A stretch of 33,693 bases of DNA, from the IMG/VR virus record IMGVR_UViG_3300005805_000261, positions 1-33,693 of that record. One strand, 5' to 3'. The translations under genes and the position numbers were made by a program. The notes below the pieces were generated by a model that saw only the letters and a program-made list of their open reading frames with translations, was not told the DNA's origin and did not search any database. The stretch is from a virus (taxonomy: Duplodnaviria; Caudoviricetes). This document shows positions 18,279 to 25,918 of this stretch, in pieces (position 1 is the first letter of the stretch; every line of letters begins with the position of its first letter).

Positions 18279-19228
18279 ATGCCCAACTCCTTTAATATTT
18301 GTTGCCATCTATGAACATATGTGTGCTCACGTTTTGTTCTTTCATGCCCGTTTTTTCTTATCGTTTCTCTTTCTTGTTCATGCTCAAGATAATAATCTAT
18401 CTTTTGTTTTAGATCATCAAGATTTCCATGTTGATACCAAACAATTTCATCTTCATTAAAGTATTCATCAAGACCAACTATCTTTGGATAGATAGTAAAA
18501 CCGCCACGACCAGTGCTTTCAAATAGTCGATCACTTGTGTAATATGGATAGTTAAAGTTGATGTTAAGGCTATCTCCTATTGCTATTTTGCTTTTTGCGT
18601 AAACTCTATTCAGTGCTTCTCCACGAACTGTTCCAGTATCGCCATCTCCACCAACATGTAAAAATCTTTTGCCATAGGTGTCTTTTAAAAAGTCTATTAG
18701 TTTTGGTCTGTAACTATGTTCGTGATGATACCTTTTACTGCCAACAAAAATTATATCGTTTTCAAAACTATTTGCATCATAGTCTTTATGAATATAAGTT
18801 TCTTTATCATAAACTCCAGCGGGAATAAAATGACCTTTAACCTTAGTATTCTTATTAAACCAATCACACATCAGTTTATCTGTAGCAAAGAAATGACCTA
18901 TGCTTGTATAAAAACTATCAGCCTTTAGATCTTTTTCACGTTCAATTCCAAACCAAAGATCAAGATGATATGTCATTGTGGTAATCCCACGTCTTTTTAA
19001 CTCATGTAAAACATCAACCATGTCTATATTTCCAGGTGTGTTCCAGCCATGAGTATGAACCCAAATAAATAAATCAGACTCTATGGCCTCATTATATATT
19101 TGTCTTGCCTTGGCTCTGCGCTCCTGCAGTTTAATTACGGTATGACCAAGAGACTCAAGCGATGCCGCATGATGATTTTCACTGGAATAGGGAACTTCAA
19201 AGTTACCCAAAAAACTAATACGTGCCAC
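18275..19228 (-). CDS. CgeB-like glycosyltransferase (Glyco_trans_1_2)
   Basis: DIIFVGS, SDRLFESTGRGGF, IDYYLEH...R..I...G.ER...EHTY..R. Confidence 0.85.
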   Translation of the reverse strand: MARISFLGNFEVPYSSENHHAASLESLGHTVIKLQERRAKARQIYNEAIESDLFIWVHTHGWNTPGNIDMVDVLHELKRRGITTMTYHLDLWFGIEREKDLKADSFYTSIGHFFATDKLMCDWFNKNTKVKGHFIPAGVYDKETYIHKDYDANSFENDIIFVGSKRYHHEHSYRPKLIDFLKDTYGKRFLHVGGDGDTGTVRGEALNRVYAKSKIAIGDSLNINFNYPYYTSDRLFESTGRGGFTIYPKIVGLDEYFNEDEIVWYQHGNLDDLKQKIDYYLEHEQERETIRKNGHERTKREHTYVHRWQQILKELGI

Positions 19229-19247
19229 TTTCCCTCACTTTTTAAAT

Positions 19248-19265
19248 ATTATATCATGCTATAAT
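19248..19265. promoter_or_regulatory. Back-to-back divergent extended -10 promoters
   Basis: ATTATATCA|TGCTATAAT gives TGnTATAAT on both strands. Confidence 0.65.
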
Positions 19266-19282
19266 CGTTATCTGGGGTGAAT

Positions 19283-19975
19283 ATGAATTTTGTATATATA
19301 TGTCGTGGTGGAGATAATGAAGAACTTAGATACTCTATCAGATCGGTTATAAATAGTTTTCCAGAATCTAATATCTGGGTAGTTGGTGGTATTCCAAGTT
19401 GGTATTCTGGTAAAAAAATATCAATAGAGCAAAACTCTGGTAAGTGGAATAATGCAATAATGAATCTTAATGCTATTTTAGAGTCTGAAGAAATACCAGA
19501 AGAGTTTATATTAATGAATGATGACTTCTTTATTTTAAATAAAATAGACTCAATTAAACATTATCATGAAGGACATTTATCAGATAAGATGGAAAAGTAT
19601 ATCCAACTAAAAATGGACACAAACTATATTAAAAAACTTGGATCTACCTATGCTAAATTAGAAAGAATGGGCCTAAGTAACCCGTTAAGTTATGAAACTC
19701 ACACCCCAATGACTATGCAAAAAACAAGGTTGGCTGAGGTTATGCAGTACTGTCCACCAAACCTATGGAGATCTTTGTATGGAAATATTCATAATGTAGG
19801 CGGGGAACAAATAAAAGACGTAAAGGTATATTATCGTGATAGATTTGCATCTATGTCACATGACTATACTGCTTCTGACTTCCCGCTTTTATCTACAGAT
19901 GATGAGTCATTTTTGATAGTAAGAGATAGTATTTTAAAAAAGAAATTTAGTAAAAAAACAAAATTTGAAAAATAG
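19283..19975 (+). CDS. Stealth-like sugar-phosphate transferase / glycosyltransferase
   Basis: EELRYSIRSV and FILMNDDFF motifs. Confidence 0.7.
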   Translation: MNFVYICRGGDNEELRYSIRSVINSFPESNIWVVGGIPSWYSGKKISIEQNSGKWNNAIMNLNAILESEEIPEEFILMNDDFFILNKIDSIKHYHEGHLSDKMEKYIQLKMDTNYIKKLGSTYAKLERMGLSNPLSYETHTPMTMQKTRLAEVMQYCPPNLWRSLYGNIHNVGGEQIKDVKVYYRDRFASMSHDYTASDFPLLSTDDESFLIVRDSILKKKFSKKTKFEK

Positions 19976-20046
19976 AGCGGATAGCGGGAATCGAACCCGC
20001 ACATTAACCTTGGCAAGGTTACGCACTACCACTATGCAATATCCGC
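19976..20046 (-). tRNA. tRNA-Gly(GCC)
   Basis: Acceptor GCGGATA/TATCCGC; anticodon arm TAACC-TTGCCAA-GGTTA; T-arm GCGGG-TTCGATT-CCCGC; CCA not encoded. Confidence 0.95.
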
Positions 20047-20050
20047 AATT

Positions 20051-20320
20051 TTAAATTCCATTATCCTCCATATATTTTAATCTTTCCATAAGTTTATGAT
20101 GCTCTGGATCATTTAACATTTCTTCCATAGCGTCTTTAACATTAGGCCTTAACTTACTAAGTGGTTCTTGATAAATGCCATCTTTAGTAATTGTATAAAG
20201 TAAAGATCGTAATGCTTCACACTCTTCGTGTTTCCACCATGTATAACAAATATGATCCTGAATATTAGGACATAAATAATATTGATCTTTAATTAGTTGG
20301 ATAATTTCTTCTGCTGTCAT
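20051..20320 (-). CDS. Hypothetical protein
   Basis: ATGA-coupled ORF with C/H cluster. Confidence 0.65.
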   Translation of the reverse strand: MTAEEIIQLIKDQYYLCPNIQDHICYTWWKHEECEALRSLLYTITKDGIYQEPLSKLRPNVKDAMEEMLNDPEHHKLMERLKYMEDNGI

Positions 20321-20502
20321 TTTTCTGATATTAACTTTTTAATGTTGTGTATTTTTGTGTAAGCATCTCCACCAGCATCAATTACTTTCATTATTTCATC
20401 AAATGCTTGATTGCGAGCCTTTTTGCATCCATTGCAAGGACAGATCCAATCCTTTTTTTCATTTGAGATTTGATCTTTAGGTGTTACGTTGTTTAGATTC
20501 AA
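20317..20502 (-). CDS. Hypothetical CPCxxC protein (start uncertain)
   Basis: WICPCNGCKK; TTG after AGGA. Confidence 0.55.
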   Translation of the reverse strand: MNLNNVTPKDQISNEKKDWICPCNGCKKARNQAFDEIMKVIDAGGDAYTKIHNIKKLISEK

Positions 20503-21268
20503 GTAGTTCCTGCTTTCGCTTGATCTTACCTTCTGCAACACCAGTCCAATACATATCGTAATAATTTATATCAAATGAAAATGTTTTTAGATGTTGTGCA
20601 TGAGCACCAGTATGAGCATATAGTTGAATACCAGCCTTCTTTAATTTTCTAAAGAAAGAAACGTCTTCACTAATAAACTTATTACCTGGCATTTGGTTTT
20701 CACCAAATAAAGAATATTCTCCAGCAACTTCTCTCATTTTAGGAACAATTGATCTATGCATTAATGTTAAACCAAATCCAGCAACATCAACTGGAATTAC
20801 TTGATTGCGTGGAAGTGGGTGTATTGGTCTTGTTTTATGTTGATCATCGGTATCGTAATATAAAGCAGCAACAGGCTCCATGAGTGTTTGTTCATTTTCA
20901 CTGCTAACAAAATATGTACCAACAACAACTGGTTTTTCAATTTTATCGGCGGTATCCCAAAGTAATTCAAATGCACCTAATGAAAATACAATATCAGAAT
21001 CTACCCACATTAACCACTCTGAATCCATGCTATCATACCAATAATCAATTAAAGACTGACGTTGACGACCTATTTGGTTGCCTTGCACACGAATTGTGCT
21101 AGCAATATTAAAACCTTTTCTTTGTGCTTCTAGCGTAGTATTAACAATGCTGCTAGCAAATCTTCCCTCTACCGTTCCACCATCGCACCATGCAATAGTG
21201 ATTTTTTCCTGTTTGCTATGTTTTGATGTTGGCTTATCTTGAACCTTTTGTTTAGGCTGCTTTGGCAT
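20477..21268 (-). CDS. GT2-like glycosyltransferase
   Basis: WLMWVDSDI (DxD), GFGLTLMHR, SEDVSFF. Confidence 0.8.
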   Translation of the reverse strand: MPKQPKQKVQDKPTSKHSKQEKITIAWCDGGTVEGRFASSIVNTTLEAQRKGFNIASTIRVQGNQIGRQRQSLIDYWYDSMDSEWLMWVDSDIVFSLGAFELLWDTADKIEKPVVVGTYFVSSENEQTLMEPVAALYYDTDDQHKTRPIHPLPRNQVIPVDVAGFGLTLMHRSIVPKMREVAGEYSLFGENQMPGNKFISEDVSFFRKLKKAGIQLYAHTGAHAQHLKTFSFDINYYDMYWTGVAEGKIKRKQELLESKQRNT

Positions 21269-21377
21269 TCTTATGCTCCTTTAGATGACGTGATAATGTC
21301 TGGTGAGCAAAGATACCCCAACGAACTTCAAGTTCTTTCCCACACTTGTCGCAAATTGCTACTCTACCCTTTTCCAT
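21252..21377 (-). CDS. 41-aa C2H2 zinc-finger protein, leaderless (absent from ORF track)
   Basis: CDKC...LSRHLKEH; TTGACA-17-TACAAT (21412-21384) 6 nt before ATG. Confidence 0.75.
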   Translation of the reverse strand: MEKGRVAICDKCGKELEVRWGIFAHQTLSRHLKEHKNAKAA

Positions 21378-21412
21378 AAATCTATTGTACACCCACCCAG
21401 TTTATTTGTCAA

Positions 21413-21856
21413 CTATTCACAAATATAAGAAAATGACATATGAAATTTATCTTCAGTCGCAGCACTTATTGGTGTATTAAAATCCATTGGTTCGTCATGT
21501 CCAGATCCTGCATGTTGCCATAATGTCATAGTTGAACTGGATGGAGACAAGTGTCCTTTTAATGAATAGTGTCTAAGTGTTGGCGCAGTGTCGTGTGCAG
21601 ATCCACCGTAAACATCTGTATGGTATTTTGATGCAAATGGAATAGTTAGTGAATATTGTCCAGTTCCAAAATTTGTAACAGTTGTATAAATAACATCAAT
21701 CTGAACCATCACCCAATTGCCAATTTTAATATATGATCCAGTTGCTGGAGTTCCAGTAAAAGTAAGATCTGTGCCAGACCAGACTGGACTGTAAGATTGT
21801 ATCTCTGTAGTTAATCCACCTACATCACCAAATGCTGGATGAGTAAACCGTGCCAT
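21413..21856 (-). CDS. Beta-rich tail-fibre/decoration-like protein
   Basis: YSPVW...GSYIKIGNWVMVQI...FGTGQYSLTIPF pattern typical of fibre tip domains. Confidence 0.55.
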   Translation of the reverse strand: MARFTHPAFGDVGGLTTEIQSYSPVWSGTDLTFTGTPATGSYIKIGNWVMVQIDVIYTTVTNFGTGQYSLTIPFASKYHTDVYGGSAHDTAPTLRHYSLKGHLSPSSSTMTLWQHAGSGHDEPMDFNTPISAATEDKFHMSFSYICE

Positions 21857-22137
21857 TAGTCTTTAGACTCCAAACCAGTTGTGATTACTGCTGCAGTCAA
21901 TCCACTGGTAGATGCTGTAATGTATAGGTGATCTTTCGATGGTAGTTCAAAAGATATTGAATGATTAGGAAGAATCCTAAATCCATAACTAGATGTTGTT
22001 ACTCCTTCGCCACCAACATATACATATCCAGCGGAATTATTATTTTGGATCGTAATGTCAAAACCAGAGTGAGTAGAGCCAGGTGTTAATTTAGTTGCGC
22101 TTGTGCTCGAAAGCGTATATATGTTATGCTCTGTCAT
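21856..22137 (-). CDS. Small beta-sandwich protein, possibly virion-associated
   Basis: ITIQN...VYVGG..VT...GF.I. Confidence 0.6.
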   Translation of the reverse strand: MTEHNIYTLSSTSATKLTPGSTHSGFDITIQNNNSAGYVYVGGEGVTTSSYGFRILPNHSISFELPSKDHLYITASTSGLTAAVITTGLESKD

Positions 22138-22139
22138 GG

Positions 22140-22787
22140 TTATAGTGTACCATCCTTATTCGTAATATCGTAATGATATGCATCAGAGTCTTCTGTAATC
22201 CATTTTGCAGCATCTTCTACGTCCCATTTGCGGGTATTGATCAAGCGATGTATAACAGGCTTACCAGGCTTAGTAGTAAAGGAAGGCTCTAAGGCAAAGA
22301 TACGATTGTTTGGTTGTATAGCAAAATTGCCATCGTCACGTTGAATAACATGACCACACTTGTGTTGGCCAGGGTTTTCAGAATAACCATCATCTAAACT
22401 GTTTGCATCTCCGCTATACCAGTCAAGAGTAAACAAATACTTGCCAGATATCTTAGTCTTAGTTCTGTCCATGTAAAACATACGAAGGTTTGCAAGATTT
22501 GAAAACTTTGTGACTGTAACGAAAGGGCTAAAAGAATTCCACAAAACTAAATTATGAAGATCAACTTCTGGTACATTAGGTTCAGTACAGAAAGCATTGA
22601 TAGGCATACGCCACCAGATACCCCCATCTTCCATCATAAAATGAAATAAGGGACTTCGGTTTGGTACGCTTGATACGCCAAAGATTACACAAGGTAAATA
22701 AACATCGTGACTATCTTTTTGATCTCTTAAAAAATTACCACGGACATAACATTCAATCGGCGGTATGTTAGCATTTAATTCTGGCAT
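22140..22787 (-). CDS. Conserved phage hypothetical protein
   Basis: LNANIPP...YLFTLDW...HKCGH...GNFAIQPNNR; leaderless layout. Confidence 0.75.
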   Translation of the reverse strand: MPELNANIPPIECYVRGNFLRDQKDSHDVYLPCVIFGVSSVPNRSPLFHFMMEDGGIWWRMPINAFCTEPNVPEVDLHNLVLWNSFSPFVTVTKFSNLANLRMFYMDRTKTKISGKYLFTLDWYSGDANSLDDGYSENPGQHKCGHVIQRDDGNFAIQPNNRIFALEPSFTTKPGKPVIHRLINTRKWDVEDAAKWITEDSDAYHYDITNKDGTL

Positions 22788-22794
22788 ATTTTTA

Positions 22795-23256
22795 TTATAT
22801 CACCGTACCCTTAAGTACAGAAACTATATCTTTAAACCTATCAAAGTCGCACACATTTCTACCAAAATTTGCAAAGCGGGTACAAATAACAATATTATCC
22901 TTAGTATAATCCCCATTAACATCTATCTTATCTATAGATGGAGCCAGTGGGTGTTTAGGCATCCAATCTGGATGGTCTTTGTATAAAAGGTTTAGATCAA
23001 GGTCAACACCAAACCAATAACACTTGCCACCTTGGCTGTTCCAGATTTCTTCTAGTTCTTCTGGCGTTACATAAATCTTCGCAGGATGCCACTCTTTGGA
23101 TTGTGGACCAGAGGCTCCGCCGACAGATGAACCAGTCTTTTCCATTCGCCGTTTGTTGGTAGACGAATTTATTACAGTCCAGTTCCCGTCGGTATCTTGA
23201 CGCACCCCGTTTGACAAAATGGTGGACCAAAGTTTATTGAAGTAGTTTCGTTTCAT
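22795..23256 (-). CDS. HNH-like endonuclease
   Basis: QGGKCYW...PSIDKID...YTKDNIVICTRFAN. Confidence 0.65.
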   Translation of the reverse strand: MKRNYFNKLWSTILSNGVRQDTDGNWTVINSSTNKRRMEKTGSSVGGASGPQSKEWHPAKIYVTPEELEEIWNSQGGKCYWFGVDLDLNLLYKDHPDWMPKHPLAPSIDKIDVNGDYTKDNIVICTRFANFGRNVCDFDRFKDIVSVLKGTVI

Positions 23257-23292
23257 AGTTTTTTCTTCGGCGCAAAATAGAAATAACAAACC

Positions 23293-23322
23293 ACCATCCG
23301 CCCCTTTGCAGGGCGGTATGGT
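23293..23322 (-). terminator. Hairpin, probable terminator
   Basis: ACCAT(A)CCGCCC-TGCAAAG-GGGCGGATGGT directly after the stop at 23323. Confidence 0.6.
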
Positions 23323-23484
23323 TTAATAATTCCCATATGCGTATTCAGGAGATCCTAACCATAACATTCTAGATTTTCCACAAGGACATGGTGGAGCCAT
23401 GTGTATATGTTTTTGATCTAGTTTTGTCTCAATAACCATGATGGTTTGGCATTGAGCACACTTAAATATATATTTACTCTCCAC
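23323..23484 (-). CDS. Zinc-ribbon protein
   Basis: CAQC...CPCG; GTG start. Confidence 0.6.
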   Translation of the reverse strand: MESKYIFKCAQCQTIMVIETKLDQKHIHMAPPCPCGKSRMLWLGSPEYAYGNY

Positions 23485-23704
23485 GAGCAATCTTGGCTGC
23501 TTGCATACGCATACCAAACCCATTAAACTGAGCACTCCCGCCAAGGTCGATCTCTTCGATCTGTCTGGCGATACGCTCACCCATTTCTCTCTCAACAAAA
23601 AGAATAGCCTTTACCATCTGTGCTTGGGCTTCCTCTCCCTGTTGTTTACCAAACTCAGAGCAGATATATTGACCTGCCTTTGTCTTAATATCTTCTATTC
23701 CCAT
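23474..23704 (-). CDS. Hypothetical protein
   Basis: GGAGG RBS; overlapping operon structure. Confidence 0.65.
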   Translation of the reverse strand: MGIEDIKTKAGQYICSEFGKQQGEEAQAQMVKAILFVEREMGERIARQIEEIDLGGSAQFNGFGMRMQAAKIARGE

Positions 23705-23946
23705 TCGTCCTCCACATCCATTTGTATTTTATAAAATGTTCCATATTTTTCATAGATAGGCCAACACTTATCCCATGTAAATTTGTCTACCTTGTATCTA
23801 AAACCAATATCCTCATTCTCCTCTGCCCAAGATATACGCAGTAGCGCAGATGAGGCTAGACTGCCTGCAAGGTTTGCAATCCAGCGTAAAGGTGGGCGGG
23901 AGTTATCAATACGCTTATGCTTCCATTCAAAATCATCAGAGAGCAT
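23695..23946 (-). CDS. Hypothetical protein
   Basis: Coupled ORF. Confidence 0.65.
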   Translation of the reverse strand: MLSDDFEWKHKRIDNSRPPLRWIANLAGSLASSALLRISWAEENEDIGFRYKVDKFTWDKCWPIYEKYGTFYKIQMDVEDEWE

Positions 23947-24094
23947 ATGCGATTATTCCTAATAGAAATCCTACGACAAAGCAACTAAGAGCCAGTACTG
24001 AGATATATCTTTTTTCTAGGTATCGTTTGATGATTGCCCGTTCCATATCACGGTCTATCTCATAGAGTTCGCCGTCAACTAAGTATTCTGCCAT
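23936..24094 (-). CDS. Small C-terminally anchored membrane protein, leaderless
   Basis: TTGACT-17-TATACT (24129-24101) 6 nt before ATG. Confidence 0.7.
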   Translation of the reverse strand: MAEYLVDGELYEIDRDMERAIIKRYLEKRYISVLALSCFVVGFLLGIIAYAL

Positions 24095-24125
24095 TAGATC
24101 AGTATACCCTAAATTCGGCGGGGAG

Positions 24126-24191
24126 TCAAACAAAGACCACTATTAAAGTAACTAAAGGAAGTATCCACCATATATGCTTAAGTAGATACAT
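24126..24191 (-). CDS. 21-aa hydrophobic peptide MYLLKHIWWILPLVTLIVVFV
   Basis: GAGGA RBS; fills gap. Confidence 0.45.
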   Translation of the reverse strand: MYLLKHIWWILPLVTLIVVFV

Positions 24192-24194
24192 GGG

Positions 24195-24422
24195 CTATTC
24201 CTCAAATGAGGTTTGGGATTCCATGAGTTTATTAATGTCAGGGTTAGGATGGTTTGGACATACGGGATATAGGCGATAGCCGATTGCTTCGATACCCTCG
24301 GATTTTTGATCACAGAAATAACACTTGGCCATGAACTCTACATTCTTTTTTCTTAATGAATCTAGATAGGCTATCAAACCTGGATCTTTATACCATTTGG
24401 TTTCTTGGCTAGGCATGGACAT
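24195..24422 (-). CDS. Zn-binding hypothetical protein
   Basis: CYFC...VCPNH. Confidence 0.6.
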   Translation of the reverse strand: MSMPSQETKWYKDPGLIAYLDSLRKKNVEFMAKCYFCDQKSEGIEAIGYRLYPVCPNHPNPDINKLMESQTSFEE

Positions 24423-24519
24423 ATCCTGTTACATAGGCACACTTTGTGCAAATGTACATGGTTTGGTTTGGTAGAACCATTTTCTTTAAGATATGGTTGT
24501 TATCCTCACAGTACTTCAT
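24409..24519 (-). CDS. 36-aa Cys/His peptide (absent from ORF track)
   Basis: GGAGG RBS; MKYCEDNNH...YICTKC. Confidence 0.6.
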   Translation of the reverse strand: MKYCEDNNHILKKMVLPNQTMYICTKCAYVTGYVHA

Positions 24520-24539
24520 AAAACCTCCACTAATTAGAA

Positions 24540-24566
24540 TGAGCAGTTTTTCTCTTACTCAGGAGA
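24540..24566 (-). ncRNA. H-type pseudoknot motif, copy B
   Basis: TCTC-C-TGAGTA-A-GAGA-AAAAC-TGCTCA. Confidence 0.7.
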
Positions 24567-24698
24567 CTGCACTCAATTTTTGTGGATAGGGTGAGGCAAA
24601 TTTATGTGTCCCTATATGCGGTTTTGTGGTTGCAGGTTACCCTGCTGAACTATTATAGCACATAAAGTTCTTACTATTATAAAAATGTTATGCCATTT

Positions 24699-24724
24699 GT
24701 GGAGGAAAGTGGAGTAAAGTGGGG
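24699..24724 (+). promoter_or_regulatory. MraZ-box-like triple direct repeat
   Basis: GTGGAG-GAAA-GTGGAG-TAAA-GTGGGG (10-bp period). Confidence 0.55.
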
Positions 24725-25040
24725 AATGGAGCACTTTTAAGAGGGGCTTCGTAATGTCAAACCCCAAACCTTCAATCCCAAACCTTGATATCCACGATAT
24801 GGGGCACATTGTATACTAAGATATATGGTTTGTCAAGCCCTAAATACCGCCCAAAAAATGTGGAAAAAATAACAAAAACGTTATACTTTTGTAACAAAAA
24901 GTTATAATACCAAACCAAAATATCCAGGAATCTGGAAAAATTTCTTAGGTATCGTAATGTCTTATATATGGGGAGTTAGGGATACTTTTCTATACCCGCC
25001 CGCCGCTGCGCTGCGGCCAGCCGCCATTCGGCGGCGGTAT

Positions 25041-25069
25041 TTGACAAGGATCGTAATCCCGTGTATACT
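25041..25069 (+). promoter_or_regulatory. Sigma-A/70 promoter driving a short hairpin RNA
   Basis: TTGACA-17-TATACT. Confidence 0.8.
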
Positions 25070-25075
25070 TATAGT

Positions 25076-25119
25076 ACATTGAGATCAGGTTACCTTTCTG
25101 GCCTGGTCTCAATTTTTTT
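25076..25119 (+). ncRNA. Candidate ~44-nt sRNA: single hairpin with CCUUUC(U) loop and U-tail
   Basis: ATTGAGATCAGGT/GCCTGGTCTCAAT stem, T-run, no ORF between promoter and terminator. Confidence 0.6.
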
Positions 25120-25134
25120 ATGGTTTGGGAGTAC

Positions 25135-25163
25135 TTGACAAAAGATACAAGGTTTGGTATACT
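25135..25163 (+). promoter_or_regulatory. Sigma-A/70 promoter facing antisense into the early arm
   Basis: TTGACA-17-TATACT. Confidence 0.7.
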
Positions 25164-25365
25164 GCAAAACTTTCAGCGGGGGGGACTATGCGAGGGATCG
25201 TAATGTCTTTTTCAAAAAATGGGCGGGGAATTTAAAGAATACCCTAATACCTATAACCCTAGTATAAGATACATAAGGTTTGAGGTTTGGGGATATGAGG
25301 TTTGGGATCGTAATGGTTTGGATCGTAATAAGATATTCTTGGTTTGATATGGTACCGGGGGGCTT

Positions 25366-25635
25366 TTACATCTCTTTGCCAGATTGTTCAAACACTTGCT
25401 CTAAAGTATCAAACCCCGTATCCCTAACTCCCAAAGATGTTAGAAATAATTCCCAAGTTTCCGCAACATATTTTTTACCATCATCAGAAATCTCACACAA
25501 ACCTTCTGTTGATAAATATGCCAATGGCAAACCAATATCATTGAAGTCCATGAAGTCTGTTAGTTTATCGTCATCACGATAGTTAGCATAGAAATCACCA
25601 AGAATAATAACCTTGCTAGAGAAGTCTGTCGTCAT
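25366..25635 (-). CDS. Hypothetical acidic protein
   Basis: AGGTGG RBS; FNDIGLPLAY motif. Confidence 0.7.
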   Translation of the reverse strand: MTTDFSSKVIILGDFYANYRDDDKLTDFMDFNDIGLPLAYLSTEGLCEISDDGKKYVAETWELFLTSLGVRDTGFDTLEQVFEQSGKEM

Positions 25636-25852
25636 AGTATCCACCTTGTCTGTAGTATTCTGCTACTTCTTTATTATACCGTGCCGCTTCTAGAACTTCA
25701 AGAGAACGAGAATAAGTGATATAAGGAATTGATGTTGCCATGTAATAACCAACTGCCTCTAAGTCCAAAGAGAAATCTGACATTATTGTAGAAATCTTTT
25801 GGGCAGCCTTCTCCTCTTTAGTGGCTGCTTCACCTCGTCTAAGTCTATACAT
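25616..25852 (-). CDS. Hypothetical protein
   Basis: AGGAG RBS before ATG 25852. Confidence 0.7.
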   Translation of the reverse strand: MYRLRRGEAATKEEKAAQKISTIMSDFSLDLEAVGYYMATSIPYITYSRSLEVLEAARYNKEVAEYYRQGGYYDDRLL

Positions 25853-25871
25853 AGTCGCTCCTATTCTACCA

Positions 25872-25918
25872 AAAAAAGTGGGGGAGGGCAAGTTCTACCC
25901 TACTTACCCTCTACCCCT
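25872..25918 (-). terminator. Intrinsic terminator
   Basis: GAGGGTAAGT/ACTTGCCCTC stem followed by T7. Confidence 0.75.

Larger units (their letters stand above)
24749..25346. repeat. Repeat-rich non-coding control region (candidate origin or terminus)
   Basis: Six TCGTAAT, eight GGTTTG and four CAAACC copies; AT-rich tract; GC hairpins; three consensus promoters. Confidence 0.65.

Noticed and set aside
19976-20046. tRNA as a prophage attachment site or host boundary
   Set aside because: Phage-type genes continue on both sides; no integrase or duplicated tRNA 3' end in the window
22047-22065. Extra GGATCGTAATGTCAAAACC copy of the control-region repeat
   Set aside because: Lies inside a coding sequence (GFDITIQ) as a single instance; chance cannot be excluded
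24612-24809. 65-aa ORF on - strand
   Set aside because: ATG overlaps a -10 hexamer, no RBS, and it runs through repeats and operators
24749-25346. CRISPR array
   Set aside because: Repeats are only 6-13 bp, irregularly spaced and in both orientations; no cas genes
25280-25582. + strand 100-aa ORF and other antisense or alternate-frame track ORFs (e.g. 798-1010, 6507-6812, 14383-14754, 26609-27082, 29586-29771)
   Set aside because: Shadows of better-supported genes with recognisable motifs and RBSs
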